A stretch of 36,951 nucleotides of DNA from a virus. Its lineage: Duplodnaviria; Caudoviricetes. Shown one piece after another: positions 9,157-18,983 of the stretch. Position numbers and translations under genes: made by a program. The stretch is from positions 1 through 36,951 of the IMG/VR virus record IMGVR_UViG_3300010052_000161. One strand, written 5' to 3'. Position 1 is the first letter of the stretch. Each line of letters opens with the position of its first letter. The notes beneath the pieces are model-generated. The model made no database searches and was not told where the DNA came from. It saw only the letters and a program-made list of their open reading frames with translations.

Positions 9157-9580
9157 TCAGGCCTCACCTTCGTCATGGGGCAGAGCAGACCAGGGCCGAT
9201 GGTCCTGGCCGGGGTCGCGGTGCTGCAGCCAGGTCGAGGGAGCGATGAGGATGGCCGGCGCGTCGGCGTCTCTCGGAAGCCGCCTGCCACGAATCATTCC
9301 CTGCACCGCAAGCATCCACACCCAGGACAAGGTCGTGTGTTCGACTCACTGTCCCGAGATGACGAGGCTCGGTTCGTCGAACTCGGTGATCTGCTGGTTC
9401 TACAGACGCGGGTTCTTGCACGGGTTGCACATCATCCGGTCGACGTTCTTTCCGGGGGCAATGTCGAGGCCCAGGTAGCGAAGCCACCTCCACGAGAGGG
9501 CGGTCGGTTCGTTGACGTCCTGGCTCCCGACATCGACGTTAGGCCCGAAGGGGGGCGTATTTGTCGAGAAGGCGGGCCAT
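9157..9580 (-). pseudogene. Degraded hypothetical gene
   Basis: ATG 9580 just after the sigma gene. A coding-like frame is recovered by a shift at the G6/C6 run (9550-9555) and is interrupted by TAG (9400) and TGA (9346). The in-register antisense frame is open. Confidence 0.35.
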
Positions 9581-9585
9581 GATCT

Positions 9586-10260
9586 TCAGGCTGTTGGCGT
9601 GCATTCCGCGACGTTTCCGCGAAGCCGCTTGAGGATCGAGGAGATGAGCCGGGAGACCTTCGACTCGCTGAGGTCGAGTTCTCGCCCGATCTCCCGTATC
9701 GTGAGGTCGACTTCGAAGTAGAGGCGGGCGACGGCCCTCTCCCGTTCTGTCAGTCCCCTCAGCATTTCTCCTGAGAGCGGGTCACACTCGGGGGCATGAT
9801 CCCGGTCCGGGATCGTCTCCTCGAACGAAAGCGAATCCTGCCGGCCATCCATCGCCGGGTCGGCCGTTGGCATCTGAACCATCTCGACCGCCGCCGATCC
9901 TGAATCTCGAAGACGCCGCCGAAGACGCCGCGGCACCCAGTCCGCTCCCCTGAGGGCATCGAGCATGGCCCCCGCGACGAGCCTGGCGGCGAACGCCGAG
10001 AACTTGACCCCCCGGGCGGGATCAAACCGCTCGACCGCCCGCATGAGGCCCACGGTCCCCTCGGCGGTCAGGCTGTGGATGTCCCACAACGGGTTCGGCG
10101 GAATCCTGGCGGAGAGGTTTCTCGCCAGGGCCCCCGCGATCCTCATGTGGTTTTCCACCAGGCGATTCCGGTTCTGGACCGTGCGGTTGCGGGCGTAGTT
10201 CACCCACAGCTGGGCTTCACTGAGTTGGGCTTCATTGAGTGGTGAGGTTGTCGCGTTCAT
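9586..10260 (-). CDS. Sigma-70 family sigma factor, FliA/WhiG-like (regions 2 and 4)
   Basis: RNRLVENH; EGTVGLMRAVERFDPARGVKFSAFA..GAMLDALRGADWVPR; region 4 LTIREIGRELDLSESKVSRL. Confidence 0.9.
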   Translation of the reverse strand: MNATTSPLNEAQLSEAQLWVNYARNRTVQNRNRLVENHMRIAGALARNLSARIPPNPLWDIHSLTAEGTVGLMRAVERFDPARGVKFSAFAARLVAGAMLDALRGADWVPRRLRRRLRDSGSAAVEMVQMPTADPAMDGRQDSLSFEETIPDRDHAPECDPLSGEMLRGLTERERAVARLYFEVDLTIREIGRELDLSESKVSRLISSILKRLRGNVAECTPTA

Positions 10261-10391
10261 ACAGGTCTGTCGGTACCGGCGGATTCGGTGGAGTGGCGAA
10301 TGATGGCCTCGGCTGGCACGCGCTCAAGAAGACTCTGGAATGCGACGTCCTCACGGGTCTCGCCCCTCTTGTTCATCCAGGTGATGGGGGC

Positions 10392-11456
10392 TTACGCAGG
10401 AATCTCGTGGTAGGAGATATCTCCGTCACAGCGTACGGACGCAAACAGCCCGTTGTACCCGTCTTGCTGAGGTGTCGTTGCCGCACAGTTCGTGGCACAC
10501 CCGATCGTGCATGCACTCGGATTCAGGAAGAATTGGTGCCAGAATCCTTCTGGGAGCCACTGCCATATCGCGCAGATGTTGTGGCCGCATGAGTCCTGCC
10601 CCGGGTCTCCAGAGGATCCATCTCCGTCGCTGGCTGGCCCTTCCGAAGATGTCACCTCGCTCGACGATCCGGAAGCGGACCATGACTCGGAATCGCTGAC
10701 ACTGTCGGAGTCGGAGCTAAAGTCGCTGGCCGATTCGCTTGAGGAACTGGATCCCCCAGAACTCGACTCTTCGCAGCTCGACGAGTTCTCCCTGGAGCTG
10801 CTGCTCGACTCTTCGGCGGAGGACGAGCTGGTTTCCTCGCTGCTGCTGGAGTCCTCACACTCCTCCAAGGAGGTTGTGATCGACACGGTCCCTTTGCAGC
10901 CCTCTTCTCGCTCCAGTTCTCCAGTCCAGTCAATCTCGACACCGAACTGGGATGCATAACTCGAAACGAGATGACTTGGGTTCAGGTAGAGGTGCGCACT
11001 GAATGTCCACCTCTTCGGAGATGAGGAGTAGTCCACGAAAAGAGACAAGGTCTTGGCCGACGCCCCCGAAGACTCTGGCTCAAGGGGATGATTCGAGAGC
11101 ACATAGTGAGGGCTTCCAAGGTCGCAACCGACGTTGTGCGTCAGGTTCCAGCTTCCGTTCATGAGGGCACAACCTCCGGTCATTCCGGAGATCGTGACTG
11201 TCACGCATTGCGGGCAGTTCGACTGCGAGCTCGACGAAGACTCTTCCGATTCGGAGCGACTACTCGAAGAACTGGAGCTCAACTCGTACGGCCAATCGAT
11301 ATTTCCAGCCGCCAGCATCGGCGGACCCCCTACCTGGGAGTCCACGGTCAGAGGAGATCTCCTCCAGAGACGCTTGATGTCGACGTCGTGCTGGAGCATG
11401 AGCTGCTGCTCCAGGCGTTTCTGCACGCCGGACGGAAGATGCCTCAGGAAATACAT
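10392..11456 (-). CDS. Ser-rich, Cys-rich hypothetical protein
   Basis: 354-aa ORF with two poly-Ser/Glu tracts separating Cys-containing domains. More AT-rich codon usage than its neighbours. Confidence 0.6.
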   Translation of the reverse strand: MYFLRHLPSGVQKRLEQQLMLQHDVDIKRLWRRSPLTVDSQVGGPPMLAAGNIDWPYELSSSSSSSRSESEESSSSSQSNCPQCVTVTISGMTGGCALMNGSWNLTHNVGCDLGSPHYVLSNHPLEPESSGASAKTLSLFVDYSSSPKRWTFSAHLYLNPSHLVSSYASQFGVEIDWTGELEREEGCKGTVSITTSLEECEDSSSSEETSSSSAEESSSSSRENSSSCEESSSGGSSSSSESASDFSSDSDSVSDSESWSASGSSSEVTSSEGPASDGDGSSGDPGQDSCGHNICAIWQWLPEGFWHQFFLNPSACTIGCATNCAATTPQQDGYNGLFASVRCDGDISYHEIPA

Positions 11457-11586
11457 TGCTGGTCCCTCGTTCCGCGCGGAGCGGCGGGCCTCTGAGCAGA
11501 AAGCTGACCAGCGAGGACCGCTCTGTTGTCAGCCGAGTCCGTTGGCTCTGCCGGTCCCGGAGATTCGCCGACAGGACCGCTCCGAG

Positions 11587-12834
11587 TCAGGCCGACTGGC
11601 CCATCGTGGACGTCGCTGCGGCGTTGGCCAGAACCATTGCCTTCAGGCGGTCGGCGACGTCCTTTGCCACGGGGACGCCGACGCTGTCGAGCATCGCGGC
11701 GATGTCCACCGCTCCCGACGTCAGAACCGGCGAGAGCTTCGGCGTCGTGAGCCAGGAACGGACGAGCTCGATCGCCAGGTCATCCTTCCGCTGGGTGAGC
11801 GGCGTGAAGTTCCACTGGATCGCCCCAACGCCATTCAGGGCCCGGGCCTTATCGATGACGTTCTTCTGGTACGACTCCCCGATCTGGGAGAGCAGGTCCT
11901 CGACCGTCGCCAGCAGGATCAGCATCTGCTGCGTCACGAGGGCGAACGACCCGACCGCGTCCCCTTCGATGACCGTCTTGGGCGGGATGCCGGCGGCGAG
12001 CAGGATCTCGGATCCGAGCTTGTCCGTGATCGCCAGGAGCGGGGAGCCGTCCTTCGCGGGGACCGGGTCCTTCGTGATCTTGTACTTCGGCCGGGTCTCG
12101 GTGCCGATCTGTTCCGATCCGGGATCCATGCACAGCACGTCTCCGGCCTCCGCACTCCGCGCGGAGCCGGCGAACTCTGCCCACACGTCGACCATCCGGC
12201 CGTCCCGCTCCTCGAACTGCGGACCCTCGAACGTCAGGTCCCCGAGGGCGTACTTGCGGAGGAAGGTCTTGCGCCGCTGCAGGGCATCCCGGCGTTCCTC
12301 CCACACGGCGTGCATCGCTCCGAGGTAGCGGGAACGGCCATGCGGCTCGAGGGGCTTCTCGTCGAGCGACAGCCACCAGGAGTACAGCGGCCCGAGTTCG
12401 ACCGGATCCTCCCCGCTGTCCCGAAACGCGATCCCGTCGAATTCCCCGTCTTCTCCCAGGCGGAGTTCGGTTTTTTCATAGGGGAGCTCGTCCAGGCGGG
12501 CGACGACGTCGAGGCCGGCGCCAGGGAGGGCGGCCCAGACGACCTCCTGGGCGACGCGGCCGTAAGCGAAGCACTCTGTAAACTGCTTGAGGTGCCTCCA
12601 CCAGATCGTCTCGAGGGTCGCCGCGAGGAGCTTTGTGCGGACATCCTGCGACGGCGTCGTCACCGTCACCTGGGCGGTCTTGACGTTCGCGGTCAGGACC
12701 CGATCGGCCAGCACGACGTACGGATCCCGCCGCATGTCGTCGACCATCATGGCAATGTTCTTTTCCCGCTCCGCGAGCGACGCCAGATACGGCCCGGACT
12801 TCGCTCCGTAGGAGACTTTTCCGACCATCGTCAT
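11587..12834 (-). CDS. Phage portal protein (Mu gp29/DUF935-like)
   Basis: DMRRDPYV, CFAYGRVAQEVVW, PHGRSRY and GSFALV match DUF935-type portal motifs. AGGAG Shine-Dalgarno before ATG 12834. Lies downstream of terL. Confidence 0.8.
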   Translation of the reverse strand: MTMVGKVSYGAKSGPYLASLAEREKNIAMMVDDMRRDPYVVLADRVLTANVKTAQVTVTTPSQDVRTKLLAATLETIWWRHLKQFTECFAYGRVAQEVVWAALPGAGLDVVARLDELPYEKTELRLGEDGEFDGIAFRDSGEDPVELGPLYSWWLSLDEKPLEPHGRSRYLGAMHAVWEERRDALQRRKTFLRKYALGDLTFEGPQFEERDGRMVDVWAEFAGSARSAEAGDVLCMDPGSEQIGTETRPKYKITKDPVPAKDGSPLLAITDKLGSEILLAAGIPPKTVIEGDAVGSFALVTQQMLILLATVEDLLSQIGESYQKNVIDKARALNGVGAIQWNFTPLTQRKDDLAIELVRSWLTTPKLSPVLTSGAVDIAAMLDSVGVPVAKDVADRLKAMVLANAAATSTMGQSA

Positions 12835-12994
12835 CCCCAACTCCTAGACCATTCCGGTCTTTCGTGTGCCCGCGATCGCGTTTCGCTCGTCGAAGCGCGA
12901 GTGCCCGCGAGGCGGGACTGGCAAACCCCAACGGCTCGAGGACCCGCCGCTCCATGGGAGCGACGGCTGCGGAGCTCTCAACCGCCGTGACAAC

Positions 12995-13621
12995 CTACGT
13001 CAAAGCCGCTCGGATCTCCTCTTCCACGCAGGCGATCTCCCCTTTGGCCGCCTCGATCCGCTCCTGGCACTCCTTCCGCTTTGCGAGGAGCTGGTCCTTC
13101 TGGACCCCCGCAAAGGTGGCCGCGTTCTTCACGTCGCTGAGGAGCCGGTTTCTGGTGTAGATTCGCGGGTCGAGGCCGGGGGCGAACCCGAGCTCGACGA
13201 GGCCGTCGTCGATCCTCTTCCGCACGGGAGGGGCTGCCTCCAGCGCCTTCTGGTAGCGGGCCTCCGCCTCGGGGAGGAGCCGTTCGAGATACGGAAGCGT
13301 CGCTTCGTGGACTTCGAGGAACGCGCGGGCCATCCGCAGGCGGGCCTGTCGTTTCGCCAGCGGATTCGCCAGCTTGGCGGTCGCGAGGTCCTGGGACCGG
13401 AGCGTCGCGGCGTCTCGATCGACGAGGTCGACGACGCCGGCGTGGGCGCGCCGCTTGAGCTGGATGGCGGGAAGGAACTCCTTGGCCGCATCGCCGGCCC
13501 AGTCGTACTCGGGGACTTCCACAAGCGAGCGGCAGTCGGCCGCCACTCGGGAGGACGAGAGTTCCCGCCGTGGTTCGTGCCGGACCTGGGGAAGGACGGG
13601 GCCTGAGAGAACTGTGTTCAC
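12995..13621 (-). CDS. Hypothetical coiled-coil protein
   Basis: Helical, high-GC3 ORF. GTG 13621 with AGGA Shine-Dalgarno chosen as start. Confidence 0.6.
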   Translation of the reverse strand: MNTVLSGPVLPQVRHEPRRELSSSRVAADCRSLVEVPEYDWAGDAAKEFLPAIQLKRRAHAGVVDLVDRDAATLRSQDLATAKLANPLAKRQARLRMARAFLEVHEATLPYLERLLPEAEARYQKALEAAPPVRKRIDDGLVELGFAPGLDPRIYTRNRLLSDVKNAATFAGVQKDQLLAKRKECQERIEAAKGEIACVEEEIRAALT

Positions 13622-13918
13622 GGATTTTCCTGTTCTGGAGTGAGACGAAAGGACCGCTCCGCGCGGAGTGGTCAAAGACCAGCGGTTCTCCGAGGGCGCG
13701 TCGGGACCGGTATCCCGCCGACTCCCGCCTCTCAGAGGGTCTATCTGTTCAAGCCACCCGGAGCCGTCGATCGCCGTCGCCTGGAAATGACAAAGCCCCA
13801 CGGACTACCAGCTTGCCCGGCGCGCGAGTCCGCCGATCTCTTCCGGCCTGAACGGATGGCCCTTGGCCCGGAAGTTCCAATGCGATGGCGGAGACCGAAC
13901 GTCATGACGATCCGTCGC

Positions 13919-15370
13919 CTACGACGCCCGTTGCCCGCTGCTCCCGCTCGGCCGGCTGACCCGGCCGAGCAGCCTCGATGCTGCGCCGCTGGCGGCGTCG
14001 ACCTGGTCGTCGTGCCAGCCCTTCGACGGAAAATTGCACAGCTCTTCCACGAACGCGTGGTTCCAGCTTCCCCGGACGAGGTAAACGTTCCCCTGCTCGG
14101 CCTGGGCGGACAGCAGGCCGGCCCGAGCGACCTTGTTCGTCTGCGGTTTCTCGAACCGCGGGGCATAGGGGGCCAGTTCCCGGAGCGTGTCGACCGTGGA
14201 GTCCTTCCCGCCGGAGCCCCCTTCCTGCTCGATCCAGAGTTCCACGTGACGCAACAAGCCGCGGTCTGAGCCGGCAGTGGCGGCCTGGGCCTGTCGGCGG
14301 GCGTGGGTCGTGTAGCGGCCCTTCTCGACACCGAAGACGTACAGGCGGCCGTCCTTCGTCCTGGCGATGCCGACGCCGGCGGTGGAGTCGGAGTCCGCCT
14401 TGTCGCTCGCGGCGTTGTCCCAGTACCGCACTGCGGCCGTGACATCGCCCCACGGAACGTGGTCCACGAACCGCGTGAACCACTCCCGTTTGAAGAGAGT
14501 CCCCGCCTCGTGGCGGATCTTCCAGTTGCCGCCGAGGAGCCGCTCTCGCTCCACGAGGGGGAGCGACATCAGCTTTCCTCGGTAGCCCGGGTCCGCCGCC
14601 ATCTGGATCGGGTTGTCCTCCAGCTTCGCCGGGATGAACGTCACGCTCGTCGGGGCGTCTGCCGCCTGATTGGGGTTGTCGGCCCGAGCCTCGGCAGCGG
14701 AGTCGTACCACCGCAGTTCCTCGGCCACCCGGTAAAACCAGCGGAGAACGCCGGAGCGAGAAACGATCGGAAACCCCGACTCCCGGTCGATCCACCACTC
14801 GACGAAATGATTGACCCAGCCGCCAACCGGGTCGTCTGGGGAGACCGGGTTGCAGGTCGCCCGCATGTAGGGGGTGACGCCGCAGGTCCCCGTGTTCCGG
14901 GAACGGAGATACCAGAACTGCGACTCCGTGAAGTGCGTCAGCTCGTCGAAGAGAATCAGCGGGAGCTTGGAGCCCTGATACTCGAAGACGGTCTTGTCGT
15001 GCTGCAGGTGAGCGAACGAGACCTCGGCCCCCGAGGGGAACGTGAAGCGGGGCTTGGGCGTCAGGAGCGGCTTGGCCCCGAGGGCCGGGTAGATCCCCCC
15101 CGCTTCCTGCCAGGATCCCCCGTCCATCATGATCTGCGGGTAGGTCCGCCGGAACAGGATCGCCGAAAATCCGGGGTTCCGGATGTGCCGCAGCGGCTCC
15201 ATCAGGAGGCCGTACGTCTTTCCCCCGCGGGCCGCTCCGCCATAGATCACGATGTCCGCGAGAGAGGAAAGAAACGCCTCCTGCGGACCGGGCTGCGGGC
15301 GGACGATCACGCTGTCCGGCAGACTCGCAAACGATTCTTCTCGTGGGCCCGGTTGGGGAGGGACGATCAC
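13919..15370 (-). CDS. terL: Terminase large subunit
   Basis: PQPGPQ, Walker A YGGAARGGKT, Walker B LILFDELTHF, motif III ATCNP, and nuclease motifs YWDNAAS..DSDST and HDDQVDA. Confidence 0.95.
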   Translation of the reverse strand: MIVPPQPGPREESFASLPDSVIVRPQPGPQEAFLSSLADIVIYGGAARGGKTYGLLMEPLRHIRNPGFSAILFRRTYPQIMMDGGSWQEAGGIYPALGAKPLLTPKPRFTFPSGAEVSFAHLQHDKTVFEYQGSKLPLILFDELTHFTESQFWYLRSRNTGTCGVTPYMRATCNPVSPDDPVGGWVNHFVEWWIDRESGFPIVSRSGVLRWFYRVAEELRWYDSAAEARADNPNQAADAPTSVTFIPAKLEDNPIQMAADPGYRGKLMSLPLVERERLLGGNWKIRHEAGTLFKREWFTRFVDHVPWGDVTAAVRYWDNAASDKADSDSTAGVGIARTKDGRLYVFGVEKGRYTTHARRQAQAATAGSDRGLLRHVELWIEQEGGSGGKDSTVDTLRELAPYAPRFEKPQTNKVARAGLLSAQAEQGNVYLVRGSWNHAFVEELCNFPSKGWHDDQVDAASGAASRLLGRVSRPSGSSGQRAS

Positions 15371-15448
15371 GCGTCGTCCTCCTTCCCGCCCCGGCCTGGG
15401 GCCGGGAGGCTTCCCCGCAAGAGCCGAGTCCGAGTCGCGAATTCCATC

Positions 15449-15703
15449 TCACAGGCTCCGTGCGGCGTCGCGCCCGTTCTCGGGGAGGTAGACGTGGACC
15501 GCCACGTCCTTCGCCGGCGGGTCGGTACGATCCTTCACGTCATTCTGTCCGACCATCGTGATGATCGTTTTCATGGCCGCGACCCTCTCGCGAACGGGGG
15601 CATTCTCATCCTCGGCGATCGCGTTCAGGATCTTCGGAAGCCTCTTCAGCATCGCCGAAGTCACCCCCCAGCCCTGCCGCTGCGCCCGGCGGGTCTTCCG
15701 CAT
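15449..15703 (-). CDS. Putative terminase small subunit (short)
   Basis: Directly upstream of terL. C-terminal VYLPENGRD is a motif typical of small terminases. Confidence 0.65.
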   Translation of the reverse strand: MRKTRRAQRQGWGVTSAMLKRLPKILNAIAEDENAPVRERVAAMKTIITMVGQNDVKDRTDPPAKDVAVHVYLPENGRDAARSL

Positions 15704-15716
15704 GTCTCCGTCCTGA

Positions 15717-15780
15717 TAGTTGGTCGTGGGTGGCGGGACTGGAATGGCCGGCGCCTGGCTTTCTGGCTACCCACTATTCC
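15717..15780. repeat. Dispersed intergenic element copy A (core GGTCGTGRGTRGCSRGACWGGAAT...CCCACTA)
   Basis: Similar, in the same orientation, to 27543-27621 and 32621-32710. Confidence 0.75.
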
Positions 15781-15877
15781 CTATCCGATCTGTCGTACGA
15801 CGGCGCGGCGGACGACTACCTGGCGCGGAGTCAGAGAGTCGCGGCGCGGCGGAGCCGGTCGTCGACCCAGAGTGTGC

Positions 15878-15957
15878 CACTGCTGGTGCTCCGACCAGCA
15901 GTGCTCAGTTCGAGTGAGACGTCAAATCCACTGCTGGCCTCAAAGCTGTCAGCAGTG
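15878..15957. repeat. Doublet of CACTGCTGG-N-CCAGCAGTG REP-like hairpins
   Basis: Hairpins at 15878-15903 and 15929-15957. A third copy lies at 23199-23226. Confidence 0.8.
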
Positions 15958-16052
15958 CCAGCGGACGATCCAGCCAACCCGCCTCATGCTCGCCTGCCGG
16001 ACGGGAGGACTGACTGGGCTGCTTTGTTGGAAGACTTCAGCGGCACGGCGAG

Positions 16053-17147
16053 TCAGTCCTCGTCCATGACCTTGATCTTGTGAATCCGTTCACCCGTGTG
16101 AGCGTTCGTTACGTAGATCTCATCACCATTGCACCAGGCGACGAACCTTCCGTCTGGAGCAATCTTGACGTCGGCGATCCGATCGATTCCGCCTTGCGTC
16201 CGTTGCTCGCGACTCTCCCAGACGACGGCGCCGTCGTCCCCTCGCCTCAGCGTGATGACTGCCTCCGCTCCTTCATGTCTTCCGGAGACGAACTCGCGCC
16301 CGTCGGGTGTGACGTCGAACGAATCGATGCACTCCGGTTTGAGAGAGTCGATCAGGGATGCCGGACCGTCCAGCCGGACCTGCCACAGCAGCCCCATCGG
16401 CTGACAGGAGTTCGGATCCTTCGACGGAACGCAAATGCCGCCGGAGACGTACAGCTGCTCGCCTTCCCCGACGAACGTTGAGGCGAGAACCAGGAGATCC
16501 CCCTTCAGATCTCCCGAGGGGAGCTGGACGGCACCCACCGGCTCCCACGGCTCCATCTCCATCACCTCGAGCCCGGGGCCGCTGCCGAAGGCCAGGAGCT
16601 TTCCGCCGCGCGAGATCGAGACGCCACGCACTCCTCCCCTCTTTCGATTCAGCGAACGGCGCAGCTCTCCGCTCTCGACATCCCAGACCCGAAGCTGCCC
16701 TGGAGTTTCCCCCGGCATGGCCTGCGTTGAAGCACTCGCCAGGGACTTCCCGTCCGGAGTGAAAACGAGTTCCTGAATGTGTCCCTTGTGTCCCTTCAAA
16801 GTCCGAACCGGGGCTGCCTGGCCCATCTGCATGATTCGGATTTCCCATTCCTCCCCGTTCTTCAATGCCAGCGCGAGAACATTCGGACGGGTGGGCGAAC
16901 ACTCGATCCGCGCCGCCCACCCCTTCTCCTTCCAGGGGGCCTCTAAAGATCGAATTCGCTCGCCGGTGGCTGCATCGATGATCAGGATTCGTTCGCCGCA
17001 CGTGACGATCTTCCCGCTATCCGAAGTGATACTCAGGCCCAATTGGAGCTTCAGCAGCTTGGGGGAATCCTCTCCTTGCAGTTCGCATGTGGCGGACAGC
17101 AGAGCAAGGATCGCCATGATGAACCGACACGAGTGCAAGCGGCGCAT
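16053..17147 (-). CDS. Secreted WD40-repeat beta-propeller protein (moron-like)
   Basis: TLKGHKGHIQELVFTPDGKSLASAS..LRVWDVESG. Signal-like N-terminus and GGAGG Shine-Dalgarno before ATG 17147. Confidence 0.85.
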   Translation of the reverse strand: MRRLHSCRFIMAILALLSATCELQGEDSPKLLKLQLGLSITSDSGKIVTCGERILIIDAATGERIRSLEAPWKEKGWAARIECSPTRPNVLALALKNGEEWEIRIMQMGQAAPVRTLKGHKGHIQELVFTPDGKSLASASTQAMPGETPGQLRVWDVESGELRRSLNRKRGGVRGVSISRGGKLLAFGSGPGLEVMEMEPWEPVGAVQLPSGDLKGDLLVLASTFVGEGEQLYVSGGICVPSKDPNSCQPMGLLWQVRLDGPASLIDSLKPECIDSFDVTPDGREFVSGRHEGAEAVITLRRGDDGAVVWESREQRTQGGIDRIADVKIAPDGRFVAWCNGDEIYVTNAHTGERIHKIKVMDED

Positions 17148-17379
17148 CGGCCCTCCAATCCACGATTCAGAAGCGGTCCGCGGCGGCCGGACGACGTGGA
17201 TCATTAATGTCGCGTCTCGCACCGTCGAGATCGCGGTGCGATCGATGGACTTGATCGCCGCGGGGGCGGCTCAGGGGGGCATTCGCCTCGTGTTGGTCGC
17301 CGCGCCGGGGGGACGGATCGTCCCTGCGCAACGGATGCCGCTCCCCAGCCCGGGTCCAGCAGGCTGCTGGCCGCCTGCA

Positions 17380-18216
17380 TCAGACCAGTCCCTCCACGAG
17401 GATGTGAGCCGCCGAAATGTTCCCGCTGGTGAAAGCCAGCTGGAACGCGTCCCGGGCGGTCGTCTGGTTGTAGTAACCACCGCCAGCCGCATTTGCCAAA
17501 TCCGTCGTCCCCTGCCGCCTGGCCGCGATATCCCATCGAGCGCTGCATTCTCTCGCCTGATTGAACTCGAACAGGTTCAACGTGAAAACAAGCCCCGTGC
17601 TGTTGTTCAGTCCGTCGCTCATGAGCAAGCGGGTCGAGTCGCTCGACTGGCTGGACGTCCCGGTGATTCCGGCCGCCGCCCAGACCGTTCTCCAGAAGTG
17701 TCTCGCGCTCGTCGCGTCGTACGATGATCCGTTGTTCGTCGAAAGGCGGAGTCCGAACCCGATGTTGTTGGTGACCGGAACGCACCATCCAGACACCCGG
17801 AGCTGCCTGTAGCTCGACAGGCCGGTCAGCGCGTAGGCGGCCGTCGCCGACGTGATCGCAGTCTCATCAAGCTTCCGCCAGCCCGAGCTGAGCGCCTGCA
17901 AAGCTGCCGTTACGGAGCTCGCCCCCGTGATCGACCGACCTGTCGTGGTCAGGTCCGCGACGGCAGCCGCTCCGGATCCCGTGAAGTACGGCACCTTGTC
18001 GGCGGCCGACGTCAGCCCGGCGATCGCCGAGAGGTTCGCCGGCACGCCTCCGAGTTCGGACCAGGCGACCGGATCGAGCGGATAGGCGACGACAGTCCCG
18101 CTCGCATTGGTGACGAACGGGCGAAACCCCGTCCCGATGCGGACAAGATACAGCGTGTTGGCGGTCAGGATCCCGGGGAGGGACGAGACCACCTTGCAGG
18201 CGGAGAACTCGGCCAC
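17380..18216 (-). CDS. Tail fibre-like protein
   Basis: LSAIAGLTSAADKVPYFTGSGAAAVADLTTTGRS is the well-known tail-fibre segment. Beta-rich C-terminal tip. Confidence 0.75.
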   Translation of the reverse strand: MAEFSACKVVSSLPGILTANTLYLVRIGTGFRPFVTNASGTVVAYPLDPVAWSELGGVPANLSAIAGLTSAADKVPYFTGSGAAAVADLTTTGRSITGASSVTAALQALSSGWRKLDETAITSATAAYALTGLSSYRQLRVSGWCVPVTNNIGFGLRLSTNNGSSYDATSARHFWRTVWAAAGITGTSSQSSDSTRLLMSDGLNNSTGLVFTLNLFEFNQARECSARWDIAARRQGTTDLANAAGGGYYNQTTARDAFQLAFTSGNISAAHILVEGLV

Positions 18217-18220
18217 CAGA

Positions 18221-18775
18221 TCACCAGTTGTTTGTGGCCCAATCGATCTTCCGGGCGTCGACCGGGTTCCCGCCGTACTGCAGGACGCCCCCCGTGTCAG
18301 AGAGTCCGTTCAGAACCGAGAGGTTCGAGTGGGCGTGCTTCTTGGAGACGGCGTCGTCGATGTCCGACACAGACGACGAGGGTTTGCCGGTGATGGACGA
18401 CCAGGCGACCGTGACATCCATCGACTCGTACTCGGCCACCTTGACCCAGTCGGTGGCGAGGCTGTCCCAGACGTAGAGGGCCGCGCCGCTGGCGACCGTC
18501 GCGTCGTCCGAGGCGTCAGTGACCAGGACGAAAATGTTGTCGGTCGGCGTCAGCGCGTCCCGGGCCGCGATGTCCGCCACGATCGTGAGCTGGTCGCCTC
18601 CTCCTCCCCCGGGAGCGAGGGCCGCGATCATGGCGGAGTTGCCGACCATCTTCGCGACGCCGGAACTGTCCGTGACGTAGGTCTCGGCATAGTCCCCGTT
18701 CTCCACGAGGTAGAACGCGTTGGACGCGAGGCTCCCGGGGAGACTCGCCACCTTGTGAAACGCGACTTCCGCCAT
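18221..18775 (-). CDS. Phage fibre/virion-associated protein
   Basis: N-terminus (FHKVASLPGSLASNAFYLV) is paralogous to the next gene. VADIAARDAL, DASDDATV.SGAALY and WSSITGKPSS are fibre-type motifs. Confidence 0.7.
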   Translation of the reverse strand: MAEVAFHKVASLPGSLASNAFYLVENGDYAETYVTDSSGVAKMVGNSAMIAALAPGGGGGDQLTIVADIAARDALTPTDNIFVLVTDASDDATVASGAALYVWDSLATDWVKVAEYESMDVTVAWSSITGKPSSSVSDIDDAVSKKHAHSNLSVLNGLSDTGGVLQYGGNPVDARKIDWATNNW

Positions 18776-18776
18776 G

Positions 18777-18938
18777 TCACCACTCCAGACTTTCCCATTG
18801 AACGATCGTCACATCACCGGACTCGATGGTCCCGGACAGCTCGACCTCGGGGACCCGCTCCGCGCGGAGCGAGACGCTCGAGATCGCCCCCGCGAACGTC
18901 GTCTCCAGATCGAACGTGGCTTCCAGGACCTCAACCAT
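18777..18938 (-). CDS. 53-aa hypothetical protein (MVEVLEATFDLETTFAG...QWESLEW), absent from the ORF track
   Basis: Fills the gap between neighbours, ends 1 nt before the next ATG and has a coding-like codon pattern. The Trp-containing end parallels the adjacent gene (DWATNNW). Confidence 0.55.
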   Translation of the reverse strand: MVEVLEATFDLETTFAGAISSVSLRAERVPEVELSGTIESGDVTIVQWESLEW

Positions 18939-18983
18939 TGACCGCCGTCACCTTTCGGACATCGAGCGCCCTTCCCGGAACTC

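Noticed and set aside
4794-12834. Transposable Mu-like phage
   Set aside because: Head genes are Mu-like, but no MuA/MuB, Mor or Gam is visible and a primase/helicase is present.
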